NCBI GenBank assembly: GCA_965219455.1
Contig: OZ244744.1
Coordinates: forward strand, 320,001 to 384,000
DNA from: Candidatus Latescibacterota bacterium
GTDB lineage: Bacteria; Latescibacterota; UBA2968; GCA-2709665
Reading direction: 5' to 3'
Length of the DNA stretch: 64,000 nucleotides
Shown: positions 14,001 to 24,536 of the stretch, piece by piece
Numbering within the stretch: the first letter of the stretch is position 1
How the letters are laid out: the number at the start of each line of letters is the position of its first letter
The notes under the pieces: generated by a model
The model's database searches: none
The model's input: the letters and a program-made list of their open reading frames with translations, nothing else
Told to the model about the DNA's origin: nothing
Position numbers and translations under genes: made by a program

Positions 14001-14851
14001 GCATTCACGTCGAGTACGGTCAGCCGGTTGACTTTTGCATCTTTCAGCGCCTGCAAGTGTTCGTCCGTGACCGTCTGATGGGTTTCGACAATGACTTCGC
14101 CGGTTCCCTTGTCGACGACGTCCTCCATTGCGACGGCGCCGACCAGTTCTTCGTTGACCCTCGCCGTCGTGTTCTCGTGAAAAAGGCTTAGAATCTCTTC
14201 GCTCCGGCTGAAACCCAGCGCGCGCAAAAACGTGGTAAACGGCAGCTTCCGTTTCCTGTCTATATGCACGTACATGATGTCGTTTATGTCCAGGCTGAAC
14301 TCCAGCCAGGCGCCTTTGTACGGAATGATCCGGGCGGAAAAGAGCCGCTTTCCATTGGGGTGAATGGTTTCGTCGAAAAAGACACCGGGAGACCTGTGCA
14401 GCTGGCTTACAATCACCCTCTCGGAACCGTTGACAATAAACGTGCCTTCATCCGTCATCAACGGCAGTTCACCCAGGAATACCGTCTGTTCAACGATATC
14501 CTTGATCCGAAACTCTTTGTTGTCCTGCTTTTCACGGGAAATCAATCTCAACGTGGCGCGCAGAGGAACCGCGTAGGTTGTTCCGCGCTCCAGGCATTCA
14601 CCTTCGTCGTACTTGGGTGTGCCAATAGAATAGTCGACAAACTCGAGTGAAAAAAGCCTGTGAACGTCGCTGATTGGAAAGATGCTATGGAAAACCGCCT
14701 GGAGGCCCTGTTTTCCACGTTCGCCAGGCGGTACATCCTTTTGCAAGAACCAGTTGTAAGAATCAATCTGGATGTCCAGAAGATTCGGCATTTCGATGGC
14801 TGAAGCAATCTTTCCATAAGACTTCCTGTCTATAAGTCCATTTTTCGCCAA
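11084..14851 (-). CDS. rpoB: RNA polymerase beta subunit
   Basis: [46 protein letters not shown] at 14851 fits GAGGAG spacing better than GTG at 14860. Confidence 0.99.
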   Translation of the reverse strand: MAKNGLIDRKSYGKIASAIEMPNLLDIQIDSYNWFLQKDVPPGERGKQGLQAVFHSIFPISDVHRLFSLEFVDYSIGTPKYDEGECLERGTTYAVPLRATLRLISREKQDNKEFRIKDIVEQTVFLGELPLMTDEGTFIVNGSERVIVSQLHRSPGVFFDETIHPNGKRLFSARIIPYKGAWLEFSLDINDIMYVHIDRKRKLPFTTFLRALGFSRSEEILSLFHENTTARVNEELVGAVAMEDVVDKGTGEVIVETHQTVTDEHLQALKDAKVNRLTVLDVNAENDGGVIANTLLKDPCDNEEEALSRIYNLLRPGDPPNLETARGLLERQFFSPKRYQLGEVGRYRLNQRLNLNIPLEFTTLCIEDFNKVIQYLLVLFKGEGYTDDIDHLGNRRIRTVGELLSYHFSTGLVRMARTIRERMSLRDTEQITPQDLVNARTVSTVVQAFFGSSQLSQFLQQTNPLDELSHKRRLSALGPGGLTRDRAGFEVRDVHHTHYGRICPIETPEGPNIGLIANISTYAKINALGFLETPYRVVKEGRVTSEIRYLSADEEDKHTIAQANAILDADGLFQDSEVQARRRGDFPVVAPSEVDYMDVSPCQLVSTAASLIPFLEHDDANRALMGSNMQRQAVPLLRTEAPFVGTGMEHAVAVDSKAVVTARSPGTVTYVSADKIVIKRRKGRDVEMIDLFDEDVYRLTKFKRSNQDFCISQKPLVQVGDKVEAGDLLADGCATDRGDLALGANVLCAFMSWNGYNFEDAIIVSERLLKKDIFTSISIEEFELQVRDTKRGVEEITREIPNVSEQAVRNLDEQGIVRAGAEVTSGDILVGKVTPKGETELSPEERLLRAIFGEKAGDVRDASLKAPSGMDGVVMDRKVFSRKDREKTRTADKEKTASVKNQIQEKIKAIKSSRDEQVAELLRDKKVNLLRHTEDSSVVARPGRVFDQNLAVELDLDVVRPDESWVDDAGTNHKVERIIELSEKLIRAAEGELERELEKIARGDELPPGIVQLVKVYIARKRKLMVGDKMAGRHGNKGVVSIIVPEEDLPYLPDGTPIDIILNPLGVPSRMNLGQILETHLGWAAQALDLHVATPVFDGATLVDIKSALRQASLPEAGKSVLYDGKTGRPFDKHVMVGYIYMLKLSHLVSDKIHARSIGPYSLVTQQPLGGKAQFGGQRFGEMEVWALEAYGAAYMLQEMLTVKSDDVAGRSKIYEAIVKGENPPEPGVPESFNVLVKELQSLCLDVILENGQGG

Positions 14852-14914
14852 GATGATCACGCTCCTCTGGTGAAATCGACCATTGATTGGAGGCAGGAAT
14901 GCAGTGCAGTACGG

Positions 14915-15295
14915 TTATTTGATCTCAACCACGGCTCCAACCTCCTCCAATTCGGCTTTGATCTGGTCGGCCTCCTCCTTGGAGACGCCCTCCTTCACGC
15001 TGCGAGGCGCACCATCGACGAGTTCCTTGGCCTCTTTCAAGCCCAGGCTCGTGACGCTGCGTACAACTTTAATGACCTGAATCTTCTTGTCCCCGATGGC
15101 ATTCAACACCACGTCGAATTCTGTTTGCGCTTCTTCCTCGGCCTCGCCGTCGGCGCCGACACCGACGCCGACCGCCGGCGCGGCGACCATCGCCTGGGCG
15201 CTCACGCCAAATTTTTCTTCGAGCGCTTTGACCAGTTCGGCCAGTTCCAGAACGGAAAGCTTCTCGATCTCATCGATAATGTCTGCTATTGCCAT
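14915..15295 (-). CDS. rplL: 50S ribosomal protein L7/L12
   Basis: [41 protein letters not shown]. Confidence 0.98.
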   Translation of the reverse strand: MAIADIIDEIEKLSVLELAELVKALEEKFGVSAQAMVAAPAVGVGVGADGEAEEEAQTEFDVVLNAIGDKKIQVIKVVRSVTSLGLKEAKELVDGAPRSVKEGVSKEEADQIKAELEEVGAVVEIK

Positions 15296-15354
15296 GGATG
15301 TCCTCCATACGTCTTATCCTGATGATTGACACGGTTTAAGATGCTCCGGCGCGT

Positions 15355-15891
15355 CTAATTTTCCACTCCGGTTTCACCTTTCTTTTTTGCAATTTCGTTC
15401 AGAACCAGAACCAGATTTTGAAGCAGGCCCCCCAGACAGAATACCAGACCACTCAACGGGCTCTGAACCGAGGAGACCACCTGCCCCAAAAGCACTTCTC
15501 TCGGTGGAAGTTGGGCAAGTGCCTCCACCTGATCCTCTTTGAAGACCCGTCCGTCTGCAAAGCCGCCCTTGACCTTCGGCAGGCCGTTGGCCTGGGCCGC
15601 AAATTCGTGAAGCAGCCTCACCGCCGCGATCGGATCGGTCTCGGAACTCGCCAGCCCGGTTGGCCCCTGCAATACCTCTTCCAGTCCATGAATCCCTACA
15701 TTTTTTACTGCGATCAACGCCAGACGATTCTTGATGACCCGATAGGTTATGTCCTCGTCACGCAGCAGTTTTCGCAGCCGGGTGACATCAGGGACATCGA
15801 GACCCGTAAAATCGGCAAGATAGAATCCCTGGGACCTCTTCATCAGACGGGTCAACTCTTCGACTGCGCTGATTTTCCCAGCCGTTGGCAT
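15355..15891 (-). CDS. rplJ: 50S ribosomal protein L10
   Basis: [32 protein letters not shown]; lies between rplA and rplL. Confidence 0.95.
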   Translation of the reverse strand: MPTAGKISAVEELTRLMKRSQGFYLADFTGLDVPDVTRLRKLLRDEDITYRVIKNRLALIAVKNVGIHGLEEVLQGPTGLASSETDPIAAVRLLHEFAAQANGLPKVKGGFADGRVFKEDQVEALAQLPPREVLLGQVVSSVQSPLSGLVFCLGGLLQNLVLVLNEIAKKKGETGVEN

Positions 15892-15922
15892 TTTTTCCCT
15901 TCCGTTGCGCGGATTCTCTCCG

Positions 15923-16621
15923 TCAGTTCGTCACGCTGGACCGATCGATCCGTACACCCGGGCCAATGGTGGTCGCCAGAGTGACCGACCGGACATATTG
16001 CCCCTTTGCAGATGAAGGACGCGCGCGTAAAATTGTATCGAAAAGTGTTCGGGCATTCTCAACCAATCGGTCTTCATCAAACGAAATCCTGCCCACGGGC
16101 GCGTTGACGTTCCCGTTCCGGTCTACGCGATACTCCACGCGACCCGCCTTGGCCTCCGCCACCGCGCGCGCCACGTCCGGGGTAACGGTACCGCTCTTGG
16201 GATTGGGCATCAGACCTCTGGGGCCGAGTATCCTTCCCAAACGCCCGACAACGCGCATCATGTCAGGTGACGCGATGGCCACGTCAAAATCGGTCCATCC
16301 ACCGTTGATTCGTTCGGCCAGATCGTCGGCTCCTACAAGATCCGCCCCGGCCGTTTCGGCCGCCGCTGCCTGTTCACCCTTGGCGAACACGACCACGTGA
16401 ATCGTCTTTCCCAGCCCGTGCGGCAACATCACCGTACCTCGGACCTGCTGATCGGCCTGGCGCGGGTCCAGTCCCAGACGCACGGCCATTTCAACCGTCT
16501 GATCGAATTTCGGAGCCGGCATGTCTTTCAACAGCGTTATCGCATCTTCAATCGAATATTGCGCGCGTCGATCAATCTTAGAGAGCGCCGCCTTGTAACG
16601 CTTCCCGTTGCGCCTCGCCAT
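15923..16621 (-). CDS. rplA: 50S ribosomal protein L1
   Basis: [39 protein letters not shown]. Confidence 0.98.
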   Translation of the reverse strand: MARRNGKRYKAALSKIDRRAQYSIEDAITLLKDMPAPKFDQTVEMAVRLGLDPRQADQQVRGTVMLPHGLGKTIHVVVFAKGEQAAAAETAGADLVGADDLAERINGGWTDFDVAIASPDMMRVVGRLGRILGPRGLMPNPKSGTVTPDVARAVAEAKAGRVEYRVDRNGNVNAPVGRISFDEDRLVENARTLFDTILRARPSSAKGQYVRSVTLATTIGPGVRIDRSSVTN

Positions 16622-16634
16622 AATGATGGTCCTC

Positions 16635-17060
16635 CTAGTCCTCGACAGTAATGCCTGCGCTGCGCGCCGTTCCTTCGATCATGCGTACGGCGGATTCCAG
16701 GCTGCTTGCATTCAGATCTTCCATCTTCATCTCGGCGATCTCCCGAACCTGATCACGCTTGACACTGCCGACTTTGGTTCGATTGGATTCGGGCGATGCC
16801 TTTTCCAACCCTGCGGCCCGTTTCAGCAATACCGCAGCGGGCGGGCTTTTCGTTATGAAGGAGAAACTACGATCCGCAAACACGGTAATTACCGCGGGAA
16901 CAATCAAGCCCAGCTTATCTTTGGTCTGTGCGTTGAACGCCTGACAGAACTCCATTATATTGACCCCGTGCTGGCCAAGCGCCGGTCCGACCGGCGGCGT
17001 AGGGGACGCCTGGCCCGCCGGAATCTGCAGTTTAATGATTGTCATTACTTTCTTCGCCAT
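16635..17060 (-). CDS. rplK: 50S ribosomal protein L11
   Basis: MAKKV.., [30 protein letters not shown]; ATG at 17060. Confidence 0.98.
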   Translation of the reverse strand: MAKKVMTIIKLQIPAGQASPTPPVGPALGQHGVNIMEFCQAFNAQTKDKLGLIVPAVITVFADRSFSFITKSPPAAVLLKRAAGLEKASPESNRTKVGSVKRDQVREIAEMKMEDLNASSLESAVRMIEGTARSAGITVED

Positions 17061-17064
17061 TGCG

Positions 17065-17604
17065 CTACCCTTCCACGGCCTCTTCGACCTGCAGGACATC
17101 CAATTCCACAGGCGTGTTCCTGCCGAAAATACTCACCATCACCTTGATCTTTCTCTTCTCGGGATTCACGACGTCGACCATACCGACAAATTCGCTGAAG
17201 GGACCATCAATCACTTTGACCCGATCTCCGACCTGATAGGGTATTTCCTGATCGTCTTGAACCTGGCGCCGGTCCACGTGACCCAGCACGTGTTCCACCT
17301 CTTTTTCGTGAAGCGGCTGAGGGCGCTTCCCCGGCCCGACGAAGCTCGTAACGCCCGGCACGTTGGTTACAAAATGCATGGTCTCCTTATCCATTTCCAT
17401 TTCGACCAGAATGTAGCTGGGCAGGAATTTCCTGAAGGAGGTTGTCTTCCTTCCGTCCTTCATCTCGACAACCTCTTCGGTCGGAACAACGACCCGGTTG
17501 ATCCTGTCTGCAACCTCGGTGCCTTCCTTGGCGCTTTCGAGATAGGAACGCACCTTGTTTTCGTGTCCCGAATAGGTATGCACGACATACCAGCGCATTG
17601 CCAT
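17065..17604 (-). CDS. nusG: Transcription termination/antitermination factor NusG
   Basis: [17 protein letters not shown] motif [23 protein letters not shown]. Confidence 0.98.
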   Translation of the reverse strand: MAMRWYVVHTYSGHENKVRSYLESAKEGTEVADRINRVVVPTEEVVEMKDGRKTTSFRKFLPSYILVEMEMDKETMHFVTNVPGVTSFVGPGKRPQPLHEKEVEHVLGHVDRRQVQDDQEIPYQVGDRVKVIDGPFSEFVGMVDVVNPEKRKIKVMVSIFGRNTPVELDVLQVEEAVEG

Positions 17605-17638
17605 GAGGCATCACTCTCTATTGAATAGACTGAGGCCG

Positions 17639-17824
17639 TCAACTCATTACAAACCTGCGAACCAGCGAAAGCACGAAGTCCACGGCAAAAATAAACACGG
17701 AAAGCGCCAGCGAAACAACCAGCACAATGGTTGTGGAAGCGATCAGCTCATCTCGGGTCGGCCAGGTCACCTTGCCCATTTCAAGCTGAACGTCTTTAAT
17801 GAACTGAGCCACTTTCGCGAACAT
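17639..17824 (-). CDS. secE: Preprotein translocase subunit SecE
   Basis: FIKDVQLEMGKVTWPTRDEL followed by one TM helix; lies between tRNA-Trp and nusG. Confidence 0.93.
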   Translation of the reverse strand: MFAKVAQFIKDVQLEMGKVTWPTRDELIASTTIVLVVSLALSVFIFAVDFVLSLVRRFVMS

Positions 17825-17986
17825 CAGGGATTCCGCCAGGATAACGCCCCAACATCTGAAACAGCCCAAGAGTGGGCTTGCGCATGCCGAAATCGACGTA
17901 AGTTGCTGGGGATTCGTAAAAGAAACCCGGCTCCTGTAAAACCTGTGGAACTCAGGCGCGGGTCAGGTGTCTGTTTCGGAGGAAAA

Positions 17987-18062
17987 TGGCAGGGCAGGCA
18001 GGAATCGAACCCGCAACCACCGGTTTTGGAGACCGGTGCTCTACCAATTGAGCTACTGCCCT
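17987..18062 (-). tRNA. tRNA-Trp (CCA)
   Basis: AGGGCAGTAGCTCAATTGGTAGAGC...CTCCAAA...GGTTCGATTCC...CCA; 76 nt cloverleaf. Confidence 0.97.
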
Positions 18063-18092
18063 AACCCCAAAATTTGCAGCGAATCCTGAAAC

Positions 18093-18245
18093 TCAGCGAG
18101 TCTCCCGGTGCAGGGTATGCTTACGGCAGAACCTGCAATATTTCTTGAATTCGACGCGATCCGGGTGCAAACGCCGATTCTTGTTCGTCGTATAGTTCCG
18201 ACGCGCGCACTCGGCGCAGGCCAATGTAATCAGATCTCTGGGCAT
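18093..18245 (-). CDS. rpmG: 50S ribosomal protein L33, Zn-ribbon (C+) form
   Basis: Below the ORF-track size cutoff; reads [50 protein letters not shown]. Confidence 0.97.
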   Translation of the reverse strand: MPRDLITLACAECARRNYTTNKNRRLHPDRVEFKKYCRFCRKHTLHRETR

Positions 18246-18267
18246 TGACGGTGATAGAATGTAATTT

Positions 18268-18343
18268 TGGAGCCCACGACCGGACTCGAACCGGTGACCT
18301 CCTCCTTACCAAGGAGGTGCTCTACCGACTGAGCTACATGGGC
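18268..18343 (-). tRNA. tRNA-Thr (GGT)
   Basis: GCCCATGTAGCTCAGTCGGTAGAGC...TTGGTAA...GGTTCGAGTCC...CCA; 76 nt. Confidence 0.97.
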
Positions 18344-18397
18344 CCTGTACCCTGTCTGCACGACAGAAAGGGGCTGATTACACAGCCCGTAGGAAAT

Positions 18398-18474
18398 TGG
18401 AGCGGGAAACGGGACTCGAACCCGCGACATTCAGCTTGGAAGGCTGACGCTCTAGCCAACTGAGCTATTCCCGC
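18398..18474 (-). tRNA. tRNA-Gly (TCC)
   Basis: GCGGGAATAGCTCAGTTGGCTAGAGC...CTTCCAA...GGTTCGAGTCC...CCA; 77 nt. Confidence 0.97.
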
Positions 18475-18545
18475 AGATAACAAAAACGACTCTTTAATGG
18501 GCCGGGCATTCAAACAGGCCATCCACAAACGTATCCAGACTTAGG

Positions 18546-18574
18546 AAGTTATAATATACATGTATCGATGTCAA
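18546..18574 (-). promoter_or_regulatory. Sigma70-type promoter for tRNA-Gly/tRNA-Thr/rpmG/secE-nusG
   Basis: TTGACA-17-TAACTT with an AT-rich UP-like tract upstream. Confidence 0.7.
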
Positions 18575-18728
18575 GAATTTTTATAAAAAACAACGTTCGC
18601 AAACTCAAGAAAAACATCCACATCTCCAGAACGACCGACCACGGGATGCGCGAGACTCGCCAGCAGACATCGGCGGATAAACTCCCTGACCTCGACTAAG
18701 GCCGGCAACGGAGTTCCATACAGACGAC

Positions 18729-18753
18729 AAAACCCCACCGGTTGAGGAGGGGC
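18729..18753 (-). terminator. Possible intrinsic terminator after tRNA-Tyr
   Basis: Minus strand GCCCCTCC-TCAACC-GGTGGGG-TTTT; imperfect stem, short U tract. Confidence 0.4.
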
Positions 18754-18768
18754 GCATAGACCGTGGTA

Positions 18769-18854
18769 TGGTGGGGAGGGGCGGATTCGAACCACCGAAG
18801 GCGTCAGCCAACAGATTTACAGTCTGCCCCCGTTGACCGCTTGGGTACCTCCCC
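18769..18854 (-). tRNA. tRNA-Tyr (GTA)
   Basis: GGGGAGGTACCCAAGCGGTCAACGGG...CTGTAAA, long variable arm, GGTTCGAATCC...ACCA; 86 nt. Confidence 0.97.
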
Positions 18855-18878
18855 ACACGTGATGAAATCGGAGCAGAA

Positions 18879-18907
18879 ATAATACAGGCCGGTACACGGA
18901 AAGTCAA
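18879..18907 (-). promoter_or_regulatory. Sigma70-type promoter of tRNA-Tyr
   Basis: TTGACT-17-TATTAT ending about 25 nt upstream of the tRNA. Confidence 0.75.
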
Positions 18908-18929
18908 GCGGAAAAGTACGATTTGTCAA

Positions 18930-18958
18930 TTGACAAAACCGGTATGAATGCGTATTTT
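18930..18958 (+). promoter_or_regulatory. Divergent sigma70-type promoter for the 19123 gene
   Basis: TTGACA-17-TATTTT; the -35 lies inside the 16-bp palindrome TTTGTCAATTGACAAA. Confidence 0.6.
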
Positions 18959-19122
18959 GCCCCCGCAATTCCACCCGTTCCGATGGCGCTCGGATATCCC
19001 GACGAACCTTTCTCGTGTCCGTGCAGGGGCTGGTGGGAATCTGCTTCCCATTCCCGTTTCCCAATCGCCCTCCACGCATTTAGAACCAGCAAATTCGCCA
19101 GGTTAAGAAAGGAGTCCCTGTT

Positions 19123-20037
19123 GTGACCGAACCCATTCAGAATTATGCTCGAATCGGCATCGTCCACTTTATGGCCTACAAATCCTGCATCGGCGGTGAA
19201 GGACCGATTCTTGAAACACTTGAAAAAATCGCGCTTGACCCCTATTTCCAAGCGGTGGAAGTCACCCACATGAAGGACGAGAAGGTGCTCGCGGAAGCCG
19301 CGGAATTGATCGAGACCGCCCATATGGACGTGGCGTTCGGCGCCCAACCCATTCTTCTTGGCGGCAAGTTGGACATTAACGCTGCCGACGAGGGCCACCG
19401 GCTCCACGCCGTGGACGCGGTCAAGGCCGGCATCGATCAGGCGGAAGCACTGGGGGCACCCGGGGTTGCACTGCTTTCGGGCACCGATCCCGGCGCCGAA
19501 GCCCGCGAGCGTGGCGTGGACCTGCTGGTCGACTCTCTATATCGCCTTTGCGACGACGCAGCAGCCAGGAACATGAGCGTGGTCCTGGAAACGTTCGACC
19601 GTCTGCCCTTTGGCAAGAATTGTCTCGTAGGCCCGAATGCTCTGGCGGTCGAAGTGTCTTCCAGGGTGAGGCGAGAATATCCCAACTTCGGATTAATGCT
19701 GGACCTGAGTCATTTTCCCCTACAGGGCGAAACGTCGGATTATGCACTGCGAATCGCTCGCGACCACCTGGTTCACGCCCATATCGGCAATTGTGTGATG
19801 CGAAATCCCGATCATCCGGCCTACGGAGACAACCACCCTCGCTTCGGTTGTGAAGACGGCGAGAACGACATACCGGAAGCCCTTGAATTCCTCAGCGAAC
19901 TGCTCGACATCGGATTCCTTGATCCGGAGAAACGCCCCATTCTCAGCTTCGAGGTCTCTCCAATGGATGGAGAATCACCCGAAATCGTCATCGCCAACGC
20001 AAAAAGGGTGCTCGACGCGGCATGGGCACAGGTATGA
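19123..20037 (+). CDS. Sugar phosphate isomerase/epimerase (xylose-isomerase-like TIM barrel)
   Basis: Metal-ligand pattern VLETFD, MLDLSHFP, HAHIGN, FEV; AAGGAG RBS. Confidence 0.8.
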   Translation: MTEPIQNYARIGIVHFMAYKSCIGGEGPILETLEKIALDPYFQAVEVTHMKDEKVLAEAAELIETAHMDVAFGAQPILLGGKLDINAADEGHRLHAVDAVKAGIDQAEALGAPGVALLSGTDPGAEARERGVDLLVDSLYRLCDDAAARNMSVVLETFDRLPFGKNCLVGPNALAVEVSSRVRREYPNFGLMLDLSHFPLQGETSDYALRIARDHLVHAHIGNCVMRNPDHPAYGDNHPRFGCEDGENDIPEALEFLSELLDIGFLDPEKRPILSFEVSPMDGESPEIVIANAKRVLDAAWAQV

Positions 20038-20099
20038 TCTCAACCCGCATCTCCTTTTCAGGGAAATTCGGCCTCATCCAGTTTGTGAGACAGCCATCG

Positions 20100-20855
20100 C
20101 TAACGATTTGAACGCTCCGCGCCCCGGACCCCGATCAGCCACCCGAAAACCCAGGCGAACACAACCATCAGATAGAACGATCCGACCGAGACCACGATCA
20201 TGGCCACGGGCGGAACGGCAGCCAATATGATATTCGAAAGGAACAGGAGCCCGTAGAGAGCATAAAGCGCAAGACACGCCTGGGTATAACGCCCCCCTCG
20301 AACCACCCGCCGAATGTCCGACCAGATCGCTCCCGGATCGAAGGAAGCCCATACCTTTCGCTCTGCAGCAAACCTCCCAAATACGACGGGCAAGAGACCG
20401 TAAAGCATCATAGCGGCGCCAATGGCCAGCAACGTGACCGCGCTCAGCCGTGTCGGGTCTTCTCCTGGCGGAACCAGCCCCAGTACCGCCATCACGGCAA
20501 GTGTCCCGAGGCCGACAAGGAAAAAATACCCCAAAAATATAATCCCCAGTCGGACGCCAGCAACCGCATATTGCCTCCAGGCGCCCCACTCGGGCAATCG
20601 ACGGAATTCCAGACCGTTCAACGCATCGACAAACACACGATAGACGTAACCCCACGTCACCAGTGTCGGCACCACGAAGAAAACGACCGCCACGGGCGCC
20701 AGCATCATGGTTACTTTGCCCAAAGCCATAAACAAGGCAAGGAACGATGCCAGCGTCGGAAGCAACGACAGCAGACCACCGAGTAGAATCTTCTGCCGCC
20801 AGCGCTCATCCTGAAACGGCGCCCGCAGCGCGAATGCAAGAAACGGACCGAACAT
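20100..20855 (-). CDS. DUF4013-like integral membrane protein
   Basis: ALRAPFQDERWRQKILLGGLL, GYVYRV, LPEWGAW pattern; several TM helices. Confidence 0.7.
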   Translation of the reverse strand: MFGPFLAFALRAPFQDERWRQKILLGGLLSLLPTLASFLALFMALGKVTMMLAPVAVVFFVVPTLVTWGYVYRVFVDALNGLEFRRLPEWGAWRQYAVAGVRLGIIFLGYFFLVGLGTLAVMAVLGLVPPGEDPTRLSAVTLLAIGAAMMLYGLLPVVFGRFAAERKVWASFDPGAIWSDIRRVVRGGRYTQACLALYALYGLLFLSNIILAAVPPVAMIVVSVGSFYLMVVFAWVFGWLIGVRGAERSNR

Positions 20856-20898
20856 ACATTTGGGAGAGCCGCGAACCGCGGCCTCACTCCTCTTTTCT

Positions 20899-22092
20899 TT
20901 AAACAGCCTCCAGAGCCTGTTCTACGTCGTCAATCAGGTCTTCCGCGTCCTCGATCCCAACGGAATAGCGTACCAATTCGTCACTGATCCCGATGGTGAC
21001 CCGGTCTTCCCGGGCCATTTCATAGTAGGAAATAGTAGACGGATGAGAGACGATACTCTCCACCCCACCCAGGCTCGCGCCGATACACGGAATCTCCAGG
21101 CGATCGAGAAAAGCCATGGTTCCGGCCAAATCCGCATCAAGATCGAAACTCGCCACGCCGCCGTAACCGTTCATCTGCTCCCGGGCAACCCGATGGTGCG
21201 GGTGGCTCTCCAGCCCGGGATAGTAAACCTGGCGCACCTTTCGGCTGCCCTCCAGAAACTGGGCAAGCGCCAGCGCCGTCTCGTTTTGACGCGCCATTCT
21301 CAAAGGAAATGTCTTGATTCCTCTGATTAAAAGATACGCGCAGTGGGGGTCGATCACCCCGCCCAGGATACCCCGATAATCCTTTATAGCCGATACCAGT
21401 GGCTCGGGGCCCAGAACCGCACCGGCGATAAGGTCGTTATGGCCACCCAGATACTTGGTTGCGCTGTGGATGACCAGGTCCACTCCGAATTCGAGGGGAC
21501 GCTGGTTGAACGGCGTGGCAAACGTACTGTCAATTACCACCTTCGCCCGGTTCGTTTTCGCGATGGCGACCACCTTTTCCAGATCCATCACATTCAGATG
21601 CGGGTTGGTCGGCGACTCCGCAATGACAACCCTCGTATTCTCCTGTATTGCCGACTCGAGCCTTTCATAGTCGCCAGCCGGGACAAAGGTCGTGGCGATT
21701 CCGAACTTTTTCAGAATCTGTTCGCAGAACTGTGCCGTCTTCCGATAACAGTCGTCGGTAATCACGGCGTGGTGACCTGTTGACAACATGCCGAGAAGCG
21801 TGGTGGTAACCGCGCTCATCCCTGATGAAAACAGCAGCGCCGAATCCGCTCCCTCAAGTTCGGCCAGTTTTCGTTCCGCAATCTGCTGCGTCGGGTTTCC
21901 ATAGCGCCCGTAATCTAGACGTGTAGAGCGCCCGGATACGAAGTCGTCCACCGCCTCTGTGTTCTCGAATACATAGGTCGACGTCTGTGCAATTGGAACC
22001 GTGAGGGAATGGCCCCAATGCCCCCCCTCTTCCCCGGCATGTACCGCGCGGGTAGAACTGCAAGCGCCATTCAGGGATGACTTCTTTTCCAT
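20899..22092 (-). CDS. metB: Cystathionine gamma-synthase (Cys/Met PLP family), plant-like
   Basis: YGRYGNPT, FSSGMSA, DCYRKT, ESPTNP, DSTFATP, PLP lysine in HSATKYLGGHND; ATG 22092 with GGAGG. Confidence 0.8.
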   Translation of the reverse strand: MEKKSSLNGACSSTRAVHAGEEGGHWGHSLTVPIAQTSTYVFENTEAVDDFVSGRSTRLDYGRYGNPTQQIAERKLAELEGADSALLFSSGMSAVTTTLLGMLSTGHHAVITDDCYRKTAQFCEQILKKFGIATTFVPAGDYERLESAIQENTRVVIAESPTNPHLNVMDLEKVVAIAKTNRAKVVIDSTFATPFNQRPLEFGVDLVIHSATKYLGGHNDLIAGAVLGPEPLVSAIKDYRGILGGVIDPHCAYLLIRGIKTFPLRMARQNETALALAQFLEGSRKVRQVYYPGLESHPHHRVAREQMNGYGGVASFDLDADLAGTMAFLDRLEIPCIGASLGGVESIVSHPSTISYYEMAREDRVTIGISDELVRYSVGIEDAEDLIDDVEQALEAV

Positions 22093-22275
22093 CACATCCT
22101 CCGGTATCCACAAAAAAAAATCTGAAGCCAAAAAGCTCCAGAAAACCTGAATACGCAACCAACAATCACATTGGTGGTCAGCTTTTTAGCGATTTCTTTA
22201 TAGTGGCTGCAATATGCCTCAAATCACCACTACGCTGAATTTGTTCAATGAATGTAACCAATTCTCCCTCCGCTG

Positions 22276-23619
22276 TCAACTACCGTGCGAATCGAGGGTC
22301 CGAAAGATCTGATCCCGAACCGGTCCGTAGTCGGCCGGCAATTCCACGGGCAGATTCGGATAGTTCGAGTCCACGTCGAATGCCCCCAGTTCCTCCTGGT
22401 GGTATCTGATCTTGAACTCCGCGAACTTCAATCCGTGAGCAGTGGATATGACCACAACGCGTTCGTCTTTCCGAATGACGCCGCGGTCCACCAGCTTGAA
22501 TAGCGCGGCAAAGGCCACACCCGTATGCGGGCATGAAAACAACCCCGTCCGATCGGCCCGCGCCGCCGCATCGGCCAGTTCCTGATCCGTGGCCTGCTCC
22601 ACCACGCCGCCGATGGCCTTCAGGGTCCGGATCGCCTTTTCCGTACTGACCGGATCTCCGATCTGGATGGCGCTGGCCAGGGTCGTCCGCGCCTTGAGCG
22701 GCTCAAAGGTGTCGAACCCATTGCAGTAGCTAAGGTAAAGCGGATTCGCCCTGGCGCTCTGTGCAACGGCAATTCGGGGCACCCGGTCGATCAGACCCAT
22801 CTCCATCAACTCCCTAAAGCCCTTGCCCAGTGCGCTGACGTTTCCGAGGTTGCCCCCGGGAACCACGATCCACTGCGGCAGATCCCAATCGAACTGCTGG
22901 AGCAACTCCACGCTTACGGTTTTCTGACCCTCCACGCGAAGCGAGTTCATCGAATTAGCCAGGTAGATATTTTCCCTGTGGCATATCTCCTGAACCAGCT
23001 TCATGCACCCGTCGAAATCCGTATCCAGGCTCAACACCAGCGCACCGTTGGCCATCGGTTGTACGAGTTGGGCCGTGGAGACCTTATCCCGGGGAAGGAA
23101 CACCACCGCCTGAATGCCCGCGTGTGCGCAATAGGCGGCCAAAGCCGCCGACGTATCTCCCGTGGAGGCGCACGCGGCTGCGGGGATCTGCTGACCCTCG
23201 GCAACCATTTGATTCACCATGGACACCAGTACCGTCATACCCAGATCCTTGAAAGAACCGGTGTGGCTGTTTCCACATTGCTTGACCCACAGGTCCTCCA
23301 ACCCTATTTCAAGCCCAAGACGCTCAGCCTTGAACAGATTGCTGCCCCCTTCATACATCGATACCACATTCTCGTTATCCACCACGGGGCAGACCATTTC
23401 CTTTTTTCCCCACACCGAACTGCCGTAGGGCCACTCCGTGCGCATATACCTTCGATCAAACAACTCACGCCAGTACTGCGGCGTCCTTGAACGCAACGCG
23501 TCGAGATCGTGCGTCACCTCCAACAGGCCCCCGCATTTCGGACACCCGTAGATGATCTGCGTCAGTGGATAACGGCCGTCGCATCCTCTAAAACACTGAA
23601 ACCAGGCTCTATACGACAT
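22276..23619 (-). CDS. thrC: Threonine synthase, plant-like group
   Basis: [57 protein letters not shown]; start 23619 or 23622. Confidence 0.92.
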   Translation of the reverse strand: MSYRAWFQCFRGCDGRYPLTQIIYGCPKCGGLLEVTHDLDALRSRTPQYWRELFDRRYMRTEWPYGSSVWGKKEMVCPVVDNENVVSMYEGGSNLFKAERLGLEIGLEDLWVKQCGNSHTGSFKDLGMTVLVSMVNQMVAEGQQIPAAACASTGDTSAALAAYCAHAGIQAVVFLPRDKVSTAQLVQPMANGALVLSLDTDFDGCMKLVQEICHRENIYLANSMNSLRVEGQKTVSVELLQQFDWDLPQWIVVPGGNLGNVSALGKGFRELMEMGLIDRVPRIAVAQSARANPLYLSYCNGFDTFEPLKARTTLASAIQIGDPVSTEKAIRTLKAIGGVVEQATDQELADAAARADRTGLFSCPHTGVAFAALFKLVDRGVIRKDERVVVISTAHGLKFAEFKIRYHQEELGAFDVDSNYPNLPVELPADYGPVRDQIFRTLDSHGS

Positions 23620-23735
23620 CATGCCGACCTTTGAATCAAAGACGAGTCCAACACGTTTGGGAGAATCGGTCGTTTCTGTTCGGGCAGCCCGTAAACGGGC
23701 GCACTGCTCCCGTCCAAAAGCCCGTATTGCACAAT

Positions 23736-24536
23736 TCAGATTTTCTCCACCGAGTTCCCCGGCACCCACCCGCCGATGCCGTTTGGCAATCGTACCAGGT
23801 ACCAGCGGTCTTCGACCCGTTCAATAGCCACCTTCGTACCTTCATGGATCGTAAATACCAGCAGATAATCGTCCCCCGGGCCGCTTCGTCCCTGCACCTC
23901 GTCCGCCAAAACGATCGCGTCCGAAACGGACGCCTCGCTATGAACCCTGTACGTCAGCAAAGCACCCGAACCGCACAACCCCAGGCCCATCAGCACCACC
24001 AGGCCCATCCACAACGAACGACGGGAGGACGAATAAAGCCGGAACACGGCGGCCGCTGACATCACAAGCAGACAGATGCTGCTGAGCGCGGCCAGCACAT
24101 CCGCGCTCAGCAGCCGGTAAACGGACAATAGAATGCGGGTTGGAATATTGACGTCTTCATCCGGGTTCCTATCCTCTTTGAGGGCGTTCACAAACCTCAG
24201 GTTCGCAAGGACATCCTCATCTCCCGGCATCAACTTGAGAGCCCGCTCATAGGCCAGAATGGCTCGTCCGATTTCTCCGGCCTTGAAATAAGCATTGCCC
24301 AGATTGAAAAAAACGTAGCCGTTCCGCACACCCTGAGACACCACTTCCTCGTATCGGCCCGCCGCCGTCTTGAATTCACCCTGCCGATAAAGGGCGTTCG
24401 CCTCATTATACATCCGCTCGCCGGTCCGGGCGCCCCGGGCGTTTCCGGCAACCAGCAGAAATATCAGCACCGTCCGCAAGACCACGCCCGCCGGCGGGAG
24501 GCCGGAATCCAAGGCCCGGCCGGGTTCGCCCGTCAT
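23736..24536 (-). CDS. batE: BatE-like TPR + TM + SH3b protein
   Basis: [34 protein letters not shown], two TM helices, FTIHEGTKV...GWVP. Confidence 0.85.
   Translation of the reverse strand: MTGEPGRALDSGLPPAGVVLRTVLIFLLVAGNARGARTGERMYNEANALYRQGEFKTAAGRYEEVVSQGVRNGYVFFNLGNAYFKAGEIGRAILAYERALKLMPGDEDVLANLRFVNALKEDRNPDEDVNIPTRILLSVYRLLSADVLAALSSICLLVMSAAAVFRLYSSSRRSLWMGLVVLMGLGLCGSGALLTYRVHSEASVSDAIVLADEVQGRSGPGDDYLLVFTIHEGTKVAIERVEDRWYLVRLPNGIGGWVPGNSVEKI

Noticed and set aside
23623-23769. N-terminal extension of threonine synthase
   Set aside because: Overlaps the batE end and lacks family-like sequence; recognisable similarity starts at MSYRAW.
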